DNA of 64,000 bases. It comes from Macrostomum hystrix. Its lineage: Eukaryota > Animalia > Platyhelminthes. The notes under the pieces are model-generated. The model saw only the letters and a list, made by a program, of their open reading frames with translations, ran no database searches and had not been told where the DNA came from. The translations under genes and the position numbers were made by a program. The DNA lies in NCBI GenBank assembly GCA_950097015.1, contig CATNEN010000038.1, forward strand, positions 7,688,001 to 7,752,000. Direction: 5' to 3'. Positions 1 to 11,889 of this stretch are shown here, in pieces (position 1 is the stretch's first letter; the number at the start of each line of letters is the position of its first letter).

Positions 1-143
1 TGGAACATTTATTATTATGTCATCAAAGAAAATCCAAATTGAGTCTGAGCTCCAAGACGAATTAGCTTTTTCCAATTCAGCAACCCCGAATCTATTAAGG
101 CGCTCTGGCATCAGTTCAACTCACCTTCCATTGTGAACTGCAG

Positions 144-3091
144 GGCTCCTGCTGCACAGCACTCGTCGTGGCCGTGTTTGCCCGAAAACTTGAGCTGACC
201 AGAGCTGAGAAGCACGTGCACAACTTCATGATGGACACTGCGCTCACGAAGCGGGTGAGTATGCGAGTTCTGTGTAGTACGAAAGTCCTGGTTCGATTTC
301 GTGGCGAGGCCACATTCATTTGAGGCGCAGCCGCGGAGAGAAGGCTTGGGGGCTTGTCGAGCAATTTACGCCCTTGAGGGCCAACCTCCAAGGCACAGTC
401 AAAGTGTACACTGCCTAACGATGAGAAAGTCAGGTCAGATGTACACACCTGTGTGAGCGTGCACTCAGGAGTCAGCGGAAAAGATAGGATTGCCTCTCGC
501 TGGCTGCGGGTCCAGTGTCACCAAAATGATGTGCCATTGCCCGCAGCCCTCTTGCAATTATTACGGGAGTTGTATGGTACGAAAGTCCATGAGTTCGAAT
601 CTGTGACAGCGCGATTATACACTGCCTAACGATAAAGTGGTCAAGTGGGCCTGTGTGTGGTCGAAAAGGATGTGTCAGAGCCAACAGTCCCTGACATCAA
701 TAAAAAATTATCACAAACTACATTTGGCCTCCCCAATGACCCGCCAGCTGAAAAACTCGGCAGCGAATGTCTTGCGCGAGACCTGGCTGATCTACAAGTA
801 CACCAAGCTAGTCAAGCGGGTCAACCCGACCAAGGTGCGCTCGCATCAGAGAAAGTTCCTGCAGGCAATTCACAGGTGAGGAACGGGGTTCCAACCTGCG
901 TTGGGTCTCAGGTACAACCGAATTCTTGAGACTTTAAAGTCTAAATGACGTCATTCATTACTTAATAAAATATTGTCAAAGCTTAGTTTTTTAATCCCAA
1001 AATACGAAAATTTAGTTTGCGAAAAGTAAAGCGAGATCAACGCAAACTGACGGACAATGCTAACACAATCGTTGATTTAGCAAAGGTGAGCATTCTGATT
1101 CTTGAGTCATGAGTGCAAAGTACATAAAGAACTCGTATACTTACTTAAACTTACGTATACTTACTTGCCGATTACCATTTTTAGACTCAATCGGACATTT
1201 TCGGCGCAGTCCAGGCGTTGCATCATGAGCAGGACTGCCTGCGTGAGCGCATGGAGAAAATTGAGGACTACCTGATAGTCATGCAGGTGAGTCTAACAAT
1301 GAGCCTTTAAATCCATGATGATCGCCACCAAATCCACGGTGTCAGCCCCAAATCCATGGAGTCAGCCCCCCGAAACAATGGTGTCAGCTTCAAATCCATG
1401 GTGTCAGCCCCCCAAATCCATGGTGTCAGCTTCAAATCCATGGTGTCAGCTTCAAATCCATGGTGTCAGCCCCCCAAATCCATGGAGTCAGCCCCCAAAT
1501 CCATGGTGTCAGCCCCCAAATCTATGGAGTCAGCCCCCAAATCCATGGTGTCAGCCCCCAAATCCATGGTGTCAGCCCCCAAATCCATGGAGTCAGCCCC
1601 CAAATCCATGGTGTCAGCCCCCAAATCTATGGAGTCAGCCCCCAAATCCATGGTGTCAGCCCCCAAATCCATGGTGTCAGCCCCCAAATCTATGGAGTCA
1701 GCCCCCAAATCCATGGTGTCAGCCCCCCAAATCCATGGAGTCAGCCCCCAAATCCATGGAGTCAGCCCCCAAATCCATGGTGTCAGCCCCCAAATCTATG
1801 GAGTCAGCCCCCAAATCCATGGTGTCAGCCCCCAAATCCATGGTGTCAGCCCCCAAATCCATGGAGTCAGCCCCCAAATCCATGGTGTCAGCCCCCAAAT
1901 CTATGGAGTCAGCCCCCAAATCCATGGTGTCAGCCCCCAAATCCATGGTGTCAGCCCCCAAATCTATGGAGTCAGCCCCCAAATCCATGGTGTCAGCCCC
2001 CCAAATCCATGGAGTCAGCCCCCAAATCCATGGTGTCAGCCCCCAAATCTATGGAGTCAGCCCCCAAATCCATGGTGTCAGCCCCCCAAATCCATGGAGT
2101 CAGCCCCCAAATCCATGGTGTCAGCCCCCAAATCTATGGAGTCAGCCCCCAAATCCATGGTGTCAGCCCCCAAATCCATGGTGTCAGCCCCCAAATCCAT
2201 GGAGTCAGCCCCCAAATCCATGGTGTCAGCCCCCAAATCTATGGAGTCAGCCCCCAAATCCATGGTGTCAGCCCCCAAATCCATGGTGTCAGCCCCCAAA
2301 TCCATGGTGTCAGCCCCAAATCCATGGTGTCAGCCCCCCCCCCAAATCCATGGTTTCAGGCCCTTAAATCCATGTTGGCCGCTCTTGAATTCCCTGATGG
2401 AGTTTCTCAAATCGATGCTGCCCACCCTATGACGCTCCTCAACCAAAAAGTCACGGCTAAATCTCTTGCAATCACTGAAAAAACCAGAAAAAAGTCATGG
2501 AAAAATTAGAAATTATTTTCTTTTTAATTTAACAGTTTTAATAAAAACATATTTAATGTGGGATTCGGCAAGCGTGACTCCCCATCGTTTGGCCCCACGA
2601 CCCACGCCAGCATTCCCTTCACGACTGGCAGCGGAAATTGAAGAGGCGGCAAGGGAAATCCCAGAGAGTCTGACATCCCAACTGAGTGCCAGCATTTCCT
2701 GCGGCCAGAAAAGTCCTGGGGGTCGATGATCTGAGCTTGACTGGGATTCGACTTGATAATTACAGGCATGACTGTCTGCCATGTTCTGCAACCATCCAGG
2801 CCTCTGCGCTTGCGACTGAGATCCCCGAGTCTTGTTACAGTCTGGGAGAAATGTCCACTCATAATCCCCCCTATGTGAGCGTGTGAGACAGGCTGTAAAA
2901 TATATCATATACATTTCCGGCAGGCACTCATTGAAAATGGGCGTATAAGTACTTTTGGAATACTTATAAGCATTTTTCCATTTAGCACACTTCGCTGACC
3001 AATCTTGACCAATCCTCAGCAACAACTCTCGAACCTGCCTCGACTAATTCGTGAGGGCAGCGTCAAAAAGGTGCATCAGCCTCAGCAGCCT

Positions 3092-3130
<39 letters not shown>

Positions 3131-3199
3131 GAAAGGTTTATGCTGCAACGCCACTCCGCTTCTCTGACATCGACGTCTTCAAACGCCACAACTGGTTGA
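144..3199 (+). CDS. KCNN: Small-conductance Ca2+-activated K+ channel (SK/KCNN family), 3' part only: end of S6, calmodulin-binding domain, coiled coil, poly-Q tail
   Basis: Five GT-AG exons at 144-254, 748-875, 1016-1085, 1185-1286 and 3020-3199 splice in frame (591 nt). They give [105 protein letters not shown]..., the near-invariant SK CaM-binding domain. The 5' exons lie upstream of the window. Confidence 0.95.
262..563 (+). mobile_element. SINE family A copy with degraded head, in an SK intron; a partial duplicate follows at ~564-645
   Basis: Shares its body (gcccttgagggccaacctccaaggca...gtcagggcagatgtacac...ctcaggagtcagcggaa...gctggctgcggg...cccgcagccctc) and ATT tail with the copies at 6177, 12516, 34798 and 52556. 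B-box-like GGTTCGATTTC is present. Confidence 0.85.
1330..2360. repeat. 21-bp minisatellite (aaatccatggtgtcagccccc)n, ~48 copies, in the last SK intron
   Basis: Direct tandem units. They explain the [14 protein letters not shown] and QIHGVSP ORFs. Confidence 0.97.
3076..3129 (+). repeat. CAG trinucleotide run encoding poly-Gln in the SK terminal exon
   Basis: (cag)n in frame in exon 3020-3199. Confidence 0.9.
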
Positions 3200-4592
3200 C
3201 TGAATAATCAAATGGCCAGCTAGAACTGGGTTTCATTATTGAATCTTTCAATAATTTGTCACTTTCATTTTTGGTTCTCTGTTGTTTCAAGTAGCTTTAC
3301 ATGTCCTGTAGGTTCTTGACGAAATTATACTTTATTTATTGTACACATTTTACGCCATTATTTGAGCTAGCTTTTTCTAAGAAAGCTTAAGTATTTTCCC
3401 GAACACCAAAGGGATAGAGTTTCTGAGAGGCTTGAAAGGCAATGTTTTCAATTTGCTGAAGGGTTCTTTATAGGAAATCTGAGGGCTCATTTTTAATGGC
3501 TCCTCCTCCAGAAATATACAAGGATATTTCTGTTTCAAAATATTTGCTCAAAACTTCTTTCTAGCTACTATGAGTACAGCTAGGCATTTTTCCGAATGCT
3601 GGAAAACTTAAAAATATTCACTGGTTGGCGCTAAATCGATCACTCCTTTACCTTCACGAAAACCCGAAACCCATCGCGCATTTTCACTGTAACAATACCG
3701 GAGTTGCTCTCAAAACGAAATGACATCCTGCTTCATGTACATGCACATGCGTCTTAAGATCATTTTGTGCACCATTTGAGTAGATAAAAACCTAAGTTGA
3801 TGCATTATTACCTAACGACTTGGTTTATGTTGACAAGCGAATATCTCGTTCAATTCTCTTTTTTCCAAGGATTACTATAAGTAGTCTGTCGCATTGCTGT
3901 CAATTCTTGGAAATATTATTGAAGGTCGAATTAAATCGATTTAAAAAAACCCCGTAACTACGTATGTGTTGTATGAGAGTTTGTCCTATTGATTTTCTCA
4001 TTTTTTGTTTTTTATTTATGTCATAGGCCTTTAAACTTGGACTGTTCATTCTTTTAACGAAGTAAGTACGGGTTACTTTTGACTATAGTCCAATCTTATT
4101 CACTAAATGTGCTTTATATGACGCATTGACGTAAGGAAATGCAAATTAGCCTTCAATTGTTATTTTCCACAAATCGAGGGTCTTAAGTAATTGAAATGTT
4201 TCAGTGCTTGATTTTCAGATTGTCAGATAATTTTTAAGCATTACTAATTGTCATCCAGCGCCCGACCCAGTTGCTACATCGTCTCATTCCTATACTTCGT
4301 GATTACTTAAACAATCGAGTATTGTCTATTTTTAATATGTATTTTTTTCAAAATGAAAAAGGTTTGGTAACTTCATTCACTGAAAACAGCTCACGAAAAT
4401 ATAAAGGCAAAGTTAACTTTGGCATATTGCTTAGCTGCTCGTGAAGCAACTACAGTGTCAATGTGTTAATGTGCATGTGGCAAAATGTGTTTGAAGGCCA
4501 GAAGCCTCAAGCCTTCTCTCCGCGTCTGCGCCACAAGTCATTGTATTACTACTATCGCAGTAGTATTTTCGGATATAGCGCCCCTGAAGCAT

Positions 4593-5745
4593 TGTAGTGT
4601 CGGCATGTTTATTTTATAATGCGTATATTTCTACTTGAAGTAACATATTCGCGCACTCAACATTAATGAATATTTGTAATGTATGTTATAGGGTTGTTTT
4701 TGTACATGCGCGCCAGCCAGGCCTACGCACGCGATCGGCCGGTCACCCTGCTCTACAGCCAAGGCGTTGGACTAACCCCGGTCTGGTGGGCCCAGCCAAT
4801 AGAAGGACGGCTAGCCAATTTGATGCGACTGACTTAAGCGCGATACCCCGGGCCGGGCCAATCAGCAGTCAGTTCGCTAACCGGCAGGGTCGACCTGGCA
4901 GGAGAACAAGCGGCGCGACCGGCACCTAGGCTTTGATGAGGGTTGGGGCGGGCGCTTGACTATAACTGACTATTGCGTTGTCATTTTGGTTCTATCGTCG
5001 TCGTGCGTCTTTCGTTGCAATCGTTGTCACGCATCCTAGAAATAGATACCGGGACAGGTAAGCCGGTCCAACTAGCTAGCCAAAGAAAACCCCACACTCA
5101 ATCCCCGTCAGTAAGTAGCTTGCGCTGAGCTCGGTACGTCTGGCCAACTGCTGACGGAGTGTTAGACAGGGATTGGCAAGCACGGAAGCACTCTCCATAT
5201 CGCCGACAATCATCGGTGGGACACCGTCAAACTGACATTAGGTGTGGCACGATAGAACTATCGTTGTGCCATAGTGCGGAAGTGCTTGCTGGTCGCCTCG
5301 GTTCAGATTAGGGACTTTGGGTTAGGTTTTGTGTTATTTGTCTTAGGGACTATCTGTTTGTCTAGGAGTTATTTGTGCCAATTGTCACGTTATTTTCGTG
5401 AGTTCTTGTTCATGTCCAGAGTATTTTCGAGTAGAGTTCGCGTGTTCTTGTGTTGAGGTTACCGAGATTTTATTAGTAATTTACCAGTGCGAATTGTGAG
5501 TTTAATATTTAATCAAGTACAGTACCTGGCGGGGGACGGAAAGAGCGCTGCCAGGGGAATTAATCATTCATAGCTTTCTCTTGTTACTAATTAACACTTA
5601 AATATCAACTGTTTAGCTTGGAATCCCGAATCGTCTTATCTTCGTTATTTTCGAGTTACGGCAATAGAATCTCTCGCAAAGAGTAGGGCACCCGACCTCA
5701 TTTAGGGATCTCAACGCAAAGAGAGACCTAAGTCAAAATATCACA
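4593..5745 (+). mobile_element. Probable solo LTR (Gypsy-like, ~1.15 kb)
   Basis: Begins TGT and ends ACA. Flanked by the 4-bp direct repeat GCAT (4589-4592 and 5746-5749). Contains a CCAAT/GC/TATA promoter cluster and no internal coding region. Confidence 0.5.
4795..4970 (+). promoter_or_regulatory. Pol II promoter-like cluster: three CCAAT boxes, a GC box and a TATA-like element
   Basis: gccaat at ~4795, ~4814 and ~4857; ggggcggg at ~4945; tataac at ~4961; all in a CpG-rich patch. Confidence 0.45.
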
Positions 5746-6176
5746 GCATTACAAAAGTTCCCACGACATAGTTTTGTAAAAAAAAGAACAAAAAGGTCAA
5801 ATGTTCAGCTCGTAACACGTACATTAAAAACGACTTGAGAGATAATGAGGTTGAAGGTTGATAGAGGAGAAGGATGAGCCGATCAGAAACTAGTAAGAGA
5901 AGACATGATGATGCCGACGGTGAGGAAGCGGACCCTGGTGACTGGAATGCCGAGAACAAAGGTACTTGCGACTGACAGACAGTTTTGTGGAGCCGACATG
6001 GCTCCGAGCCGTTTTGTGATTCTGAAAATTGTTTTATCAGAAAGAGCGGAAATATTTAGCCCGTGTTATGGATTTTCATAGCAATTGGTTGAATACTTAG
6101 GAGATAGGAGAGTAGGAGATACAGAAAAAATAACAATGCGGGTACCCCGTAGTCTTTCTAGTGTCTACTGTCTTAA

Positions 6177-6372
6177 GGGGGTCGGTGGCAAAGCGGTTAA
6201 CGCGTTTGCCTCTCGCACCAAGGTCCCTAAGTTCGATTCCGCGGCGAGGCCACATATATTTGGGGGCTTGTCGTGCAATTTATGCCCTTGAGGGCCAACC
6301 TCCAAGGCACAGTGAAATGTACACTGCCTGACGATGAGAAAGTCAGGGCAGATGTACACACCTGTGTGAGTT
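6177..6372 (+). mobile_element. SINE family A copy, tRNA-derived head intact, 3' truncated
   Basis: A box TGGCAAAGCGG and B box GTTCGATTCC, followed by the family A body. Confidence 0.85.
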
Positions 6373-6888
6373 TTGTTCTTAAACACACTTTGACCGACTT
6401 TTGTGCATAATCGGTGCAGCCAAAATTCAGAGCACCCAGAAATTTTTCTAAAGCTGGTAAAACTTTTTTATGGCAAGCAACAAGCGCCCTCCTTTCTGAG
6501 TTGCCGTAGATTTTCCGATAAACGCTTCGGAGACCCCATGCTGTGGAAAGAAAACTTTTCTGATGAAACCTAACTCCTACTAATTCTTCCCCTACAAAAT
6601 CCATTTTGACTGGCGTTCCCACCGTTGCCAGTGGCAACGCAAGCCTCCAATTCCTCCTAGCTACTTGGATGAGCAAACATTTAGCCTGGCAGTTCCCCCG
6701 CTGCTCCAAGATGCGTACCTGCCTATAAATGAGATCATGCTTTAGTTGGCGCCGTTTAGAATCATTTGTATCAGACACTCGAATGGCACCACTGACTCTT
6801 CGTGTCTGCGGACTTCTCGCAGTCTTCCTGGCTGCTTTCGTTGGTAAATTTTCTGACTTTACCAGAGTAGTATCCAGAAGATCATGGA

Positions 6889-7231
6889 TCAGTAGCCACA
6901 GACCACAGCAGTAGCCACAGACCACAGCAGTAGCCACAGACCACAGCAGTAGCCACAGACCACAGCAGTAGCCACAGACCACAGCAGTAGCCACAGACCA
7001 CAGCAGTAGCCACAGACCACAGCAGTAGCCACAGACCACAGCAGTAGCCACAGACCACAGCAGTAGCCACAGACCACAGCAGTAGCCACAGACCACAGCA
7101 GTAGCCACAGACCACAGCAGTAGCCACAGACCACAGCAGTAGCCACAGACCACAGCAGTAGCCACAGACCACAGCAGTAGCCACAGACCACAGCAGTAGC
7201 CACAGACCACAGCAGTAGCCACAGACCACAG
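6889..7231. repeat. 19-bp minisatellite (agtagccacagaccacagc)n, ~18 near-identical copies
   Basis: Direct tandem units. Confidence 0.97.
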
Positions 7232-7535
7232 AGCTCAGCAAAGTTTCTTTCGGGGTGTAACTTTCTCCGCTGCAGGCAGAATAAAAGTTTCTCAGAGTTT
7301 GGCGCGAAGTCACTTGCTGGGGCAAAAATGTTTAATTTAAAGCTGAGTATTATATCGCTTGCTCACCTGTGGAATTCAGCATGTTGTGCAAATTTGCAGA
7401 GCCAAACCTTTCTGTTTGAGTTATATGTTATGAAGCTTTACCGCAACTTAACGGGATTTAAGCTGAATTCCAATAAACAGAACGAAATCGCAAAAGTCGC
7501 TGATCCTGTACAAAATTAAACTTTTTCAAACAGTC

Positions 7536-10223
7536 ATGACTATCAAAGTGACTATTAGCTTTGCTCTTCTCAGCGTTTGCCTACTAGCCCTGCTGGGTAA
7601 AGTACAGCTATTGTGTGAAAAACATCATTTAGAAAATATATGTTCACAGTTTCTTTCTGTTCACAGATTATCCTGTTCACAGATTACCCTGTTCCCAGAT
7701 TTCCCTGTTCACAGACTTCCCTGTTCACAGATTATCCTGTTCACAGATTACCCTGTTCACAGATTATCCTGTTCACAGATTCCCGTGTTCACAGATTTCC
7801 CTGTTCACAGACTTCCCTGTTCACAGATTACCCTGTTCACAGATTCCCGTGTTCACAGATTTCCCTGTTCACAGATTCCCGTGTTCACAGATTTCCCTGT
7901 TCACAGACTTCCCTGTTCACAGATTACCCTGGTCACGGGTTCCCCTGTTCACAGATTACCCTGTTCCCAGATTTCCCTGTTCACAGACTTCCCTGTTCAC
8001 AGATTATCCTGTTCACAGATTACCCTGTTCACAGATTATCCTGTTCACAGATTCCCGTGTTCACAGATTTCCCTGTTCACAGACTTCCCTGTTCACAGAT
8101 TACCCTGTTCACAGATTCCCGTGTTCACAGATTTCCCTGTTCACAGATTCCCGTGTTCACAGATTTCCCTGTTCACAGACTTCCCTGTTCACAGATTACC
8201 CTGGTCACGGGTTCCCCTGTTCACAGATTTCCCTTATCACGGATTCCCGTGTTCACAGATTCCCGTGTTAAGAGATTATCCTGTTCACAGATTATCCTGT
8301 TCACAGATTCCCGTGTTCACATATTACCCTGTTCACAGACTTCCCTGTTCACAGATTACCCTGTTCACAGATTACCCTGTTCACAGACTTCCCTGTTCAC
8401 AGATTACCCTGGTCACGGGTTCCCCTGTTCACAGATTTCCCTTATCACGGATTCCCGTGTTCACAGATTCCCGTGTTAAGAGATTATCCTGTTCACAGAT
8501 TTCCCTGTTCACAGGTTCATTTTTACCTCGTATCAAATTACACCCGCAGGCCCCAGTGGTGCCATAGACTGCTACAGCTACAGCAGCACAGGAATGGACT
8601 CAAAGGGACCCAACCTAATTGTGCAATGCTCCAGCAATGTCACCACCTGTTTCCGCGTGGTGGCCACGACAGTTTCAAAGAACTCCCAGTGGAAAAGCAA
8701 TGGTACTACTGTGGTAAGTCACTGTGGTATAACACTTATAAAACTGTCATACCCAAAGCAATTCTTTGGCAGAGCAGGATTTTACCTAGAATGTAAAACG
8801 TTTGCATAAATAAAAAACTTTTGTTGCGATTAGCTTGGCTTCAGCTGCGATTCTGGCTCTGTTGCTCCAGCTGCGATTCTGGTTTTGTTGCTCCAGCTGC
8901 GATTCTGGTTTTGTTGTTCCAGCTGCGATTCTGGTTCTGTTGCTCCAGCTGCGATTCTGGCTCTGTTGCTCCAGCTGCGATTCTGGCTCTGTTGATCCTG
9001 CTGCGATTCTGGCTCTGTTGATCCTGCTGTGATTCTGGCTCTGTTAATCCTGCTGCGATTCTGGCTCTGTTAATCCTGCTGCGATTCTGGCTCTGTTAAT
9101 CCTGCTGCGATTCTGGCTCTGTTAATCCTGCTGCGATTCTGGCTCTGTTGCTCCAGCTGCGATTCTGGTTTTGTTGCTCCAGCTGCGATTCTGGTTCTGT
9201 TGCTCCAGCTGCGATTCTGGTTTTGTTGCTCCAGCTGCGATTCTGGTTCTGTTGCTCCAGCTGCGATTCTGGTTCTGTTGCTCCAGCTGCGATTCTGGTT
9301 CTGTTGCTCCAGCTGCGATTCTGGTTCTGTTGCTCCAGCTGCGATTCTGGTTCTGTTAATCCTGCTGCGATTCTGGCTCTGTTGCTCCTGCTGCGATTCT
9401 GGTTCTGTTGCTCCAGCTGCGATTCTGGTTCTGTTGCTCCAGCTGCGATTCTGGTTCTGTTGCTCCAGCTGCGATTCTGGTTCTGTTGCTCCAGCTGCGA
9501 TTCTGGTTTTGTTGCTCCAGCTGCGATTCTGGTTCTGTTGCTCCAGCTGCGATTCTGGTTCTGTTGATCCTGCTGCGATTCTGGTTCTGTTGATCCTGCT
9601 GCGATTCTGGTTCTGTTGCTCCTGCTGCGATTCTGGTTTTGTTGCTCCAGCTGCGATTCTGGTTTTGTTGCTCCTGCTGCGATTCTGGCTCTGTTGCTCC
9701 TGCTGCGATTCTGGTTCTGTTGCTCCTGCTGCGATTCTGGCTCTGTTGCTCCTGCTGCGATTCTGGTTCTGTTGCTCCTGCTGCGATTCTGGCTCTGTTG
9801 CTCCTGCTGCGATTCTGGCTCTGTTGCTCCTGCTGCGATTCTGGCTCTGTTGCTCCTGCTGCGATTCTGGTTCTGTTGCTCCTGCTGCGATTCTGGCTCT
9901 GTTGCTCCTGCTGCGATTCTGGCTCTGTTGATCCTGCTGTGATTCTTACAATAGCTCTAGCTTCGGTTCATGCAAAAGCTCGCAGCTAAAATTCTCGCAC
10001 TTCTAAAAGAAGACCCAGCCCTATTAGTTTTGTTTTCATTTTAATTGTCTTCCCGTAGACTCAGTCTGGCGACTGTGGCTCCTGCAGCAGTCTGCTCGGC
10101 AGCACCTGCCGCAGCTGTTCCACCAGCCTGTGCAACTCGGCCGCGGCCTCCGTCGGCGGGCGTCGCCTGGCAGCCGTCTTGCTGGCGTCTGTCTGGATGC
10201 TGCGATTCCACGATTCGGCGTGA
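7536..10223 (+). CDS. GPI-anchored Ly6/uPAR (three-finger) protein, ~129 aa
   Basis: Exons: 7536-7596 (signal peptide MTIKVTISFALLSVCLLALL), 8550-8713 (PSGAIDCYSY...QCSSNVTTCFRV...) and 10059-10223 (TQSGDCGSC...TCRSCSTSLCN-SAAA...LAAVLLASVWML). Junctions are GT-AG and phase-compatible. The terminal CN motif is followed by small omega-site residues and a hydrophobic tail, in the classic three-exon Ly6 layout. Confidence 0.85.
7640..8515. repeat. 16-bp minisatellite (cctgttcacagattac and variants) with higher-order blocks, filling Ly6 intron 1
   Basis: Direct tandem units. The variant block ctggtcacgggttcccc recurs at ~7929, ~8201 and ~8409. Confidence 0.95.
8840..9947. repeat. 26-bp minisatellite (gctgcgattctggttctgttgctcca)n, ~42 copies, filling Ly6 intron 2
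   Basis: Direct tandem units with zoned variants. Confidence 0.97.
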
Positions 10224-10414
10224 TGCGGAGCTGACTGACGCAATTGAAATTTGATAGAGGGAATTTAGTGATTCGGTTTGATCAAAACTGATTACACGTG
10301 AGATGGTCTCTGATTTTTCGTTTGTGAAGTCGCCACTGATGCGTGCGAATGGAATGTTTTTACTCGCAATTAAACAACAAAAGGATGTGTTACTGAGGAG
10401 CGATAAAAAACTAA

Positions 10415-11578
10415 TGACATCACTCCCGAGCTGTCAAATCAGCTGATGCCATCACTCCCGAGCTGTCAAATCAGCTGATGCTATCACTCCCGAGCTGTCA
10501 AATCAGCTGATGCCATCACTCCCGAGCTGTCAAATCAGCTGATGCTATCACTCCCGAGCTGTCAAATCAGCTGATTCCATCACTCCCGAGCTGTCAAATC
10601 AGCTGATGCCATCACTCCCGAGCTGTCAAATCAGCTGATGCTATCACTCCCGAGCTGTCAAATCAGCTGATGCTATCACTGCCGAGCTGTCAAATCAGCT
10701 GATGCTATCACTGCCGAGCTGTCAAATCAGCTGATGCCATCACTCCCGAGCTGTCAAATCAGCTGATGCCATCACTGCCGAGCTGTCAAATCAGCTGACG
10801 CTATCACTTCCGAGCTGTCAAATCAGCTGATGCCATCACTCCCGAGCTGTCAAATCAGCTGATGCTATCACTCCCGAGCTGTCAAATCAGCTGATGCCAT
10901 CACTCCCGAGCTGTCAAATCAGCTGATGCCATCACTGCCGAGCTGTCAAATCAGCTGATGCTATCACTCCCGAGCTGTCAAATCAGCTGATGCTATCACT
11001 GCCGAGCTGTCAAATCAGCTGATGCTATCACTCCCGAGCTGTCAAATCAGCTGATGCTATCACTCCCGAGCTGTCAAATCAGCTGATGCCATCACTCCCG
11101 AGCTGTCAAATCAGCTGATGCTATCACTGCCGAGCTGTCAAATCAGCTGATGCTATCACTGCCGAGCTGTCAAATCAGCTGATGCCATCACTCCTGAGCT
11201 GTCAAATCAGCTGATGCCATCACTGCCGAGCTGTCAAATCAGCTGACGCTATCACTTCCGAGCTGTCAAATCAGCTGATGCCATCACTCCCGAGCTGTCA
11301 AATCAGCTGATGCTATCACTCCCGAGCTGTCAAATCAGCTGATGCCATCACTCCCGAGCTGTCAAATCAGCTGATGCCATCACTGCCGAGCTGTCAAATC
11401 AGCTGATGCTATCACTCCCGAGCTGTCAAATCAGCTGATGCCATCACTTCCGAGCTGTCAAATCAGCTGATGCCATCACTCCCGAGCTGTCAAATCAGCT
11501 GATGCCATCACTGCCGAGCTGTCAAATCAGCTGATGCTATCACTCCCGAGCTGTCAAATCAGCTGATGCCATCACTGA
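10415..11578. repeat. 32-bp minisatellite (atcactcccgagctgtcaaatcagctgatgcc)n, ~36 copies
   Basis: Period 32 (e.g. 10451 to 10483). Each unit carries the palindrome ATCAGCTGAT. Confidence 0.97.
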
Positions 11579-11889
11579 CATTCGTGTATCATACTACTCA
11601 CCAATTCGTCTGCACTGTACTCTAGCTGTGCTGTACAGTGGTGTACAGTGGTACACTGAAAAACCTCGGCAAGAATATTTAATAAGAAAGAAGCAGAAAC
11701 TAGAAGAGAGATCTGTTGGCACGGCCCATCGTACAATGGTGTACACTGATTGCACATAGCTGTGAGAACATCGTGCTTTACAACCATAGCTGCACAGCTA
11801 ATTGCGGCTTGGCGGGCAGAGAGGGTTTTTGTGCGGGCCGGCATGATGAAATTGGACACCTGAGGCGGAATAAGTAAAGGCATTTAACT

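Noticed and set aside
1315-2509. Long ORFs over the 21-bp array, and likewise those at 6882-7325, 7640-8567, 8821-9989, 42559-45288 and 48167-50596
   Set aside because: These are stop-free by-products of tandem units, open in several frames at once. Several lie inside introns of well-supported genes.
5523-5556. U1 snRNA-like start or tRNA primer-binding site (tacctggcggggga)
   Set aside because: Only ~13 nt of similarity, no U1 body or Sm site, no match to a tRNA 3' end that I recognise, and it lies inside the proposed LTR.
6177-6250. tRNA gene (also 34798-34870 and 42553-42610)
   Set aside because: A and B boxes are present, but the acceptor and anticodon stems do not pair and the sequence runs straight into a repeated SINE body.
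6318-6362. Hammerhead ribozyme in SINE A (CTGACGA...GAAA.GTC)
   Set aside because: Only 3 nt for stem II, no stem III, a mismatch next to the would-be cleavage site, and the core is not conserved across copies. A simple ctgac/gtcag hairpin explains it better.
5741-6890. Minus-strand gene or second Ly6-like relic (ORFs 5741-5959 and 6227-7222)
   Set aside because: There is a hydrophobic tail and some Cys, but no consistent exon chain or recognisable domain. The longer ORF starts in a repeat and ends in a SINE.
10061-10243. Minus-strand 60-aa ORF and other antisense or alternate-frame ORFs over the TRP, TTLL, Pumilio, Slo and kinase exons
   Set aside because: These are shadow ORFs of GC-rich coding sequence on the other strand or frame.
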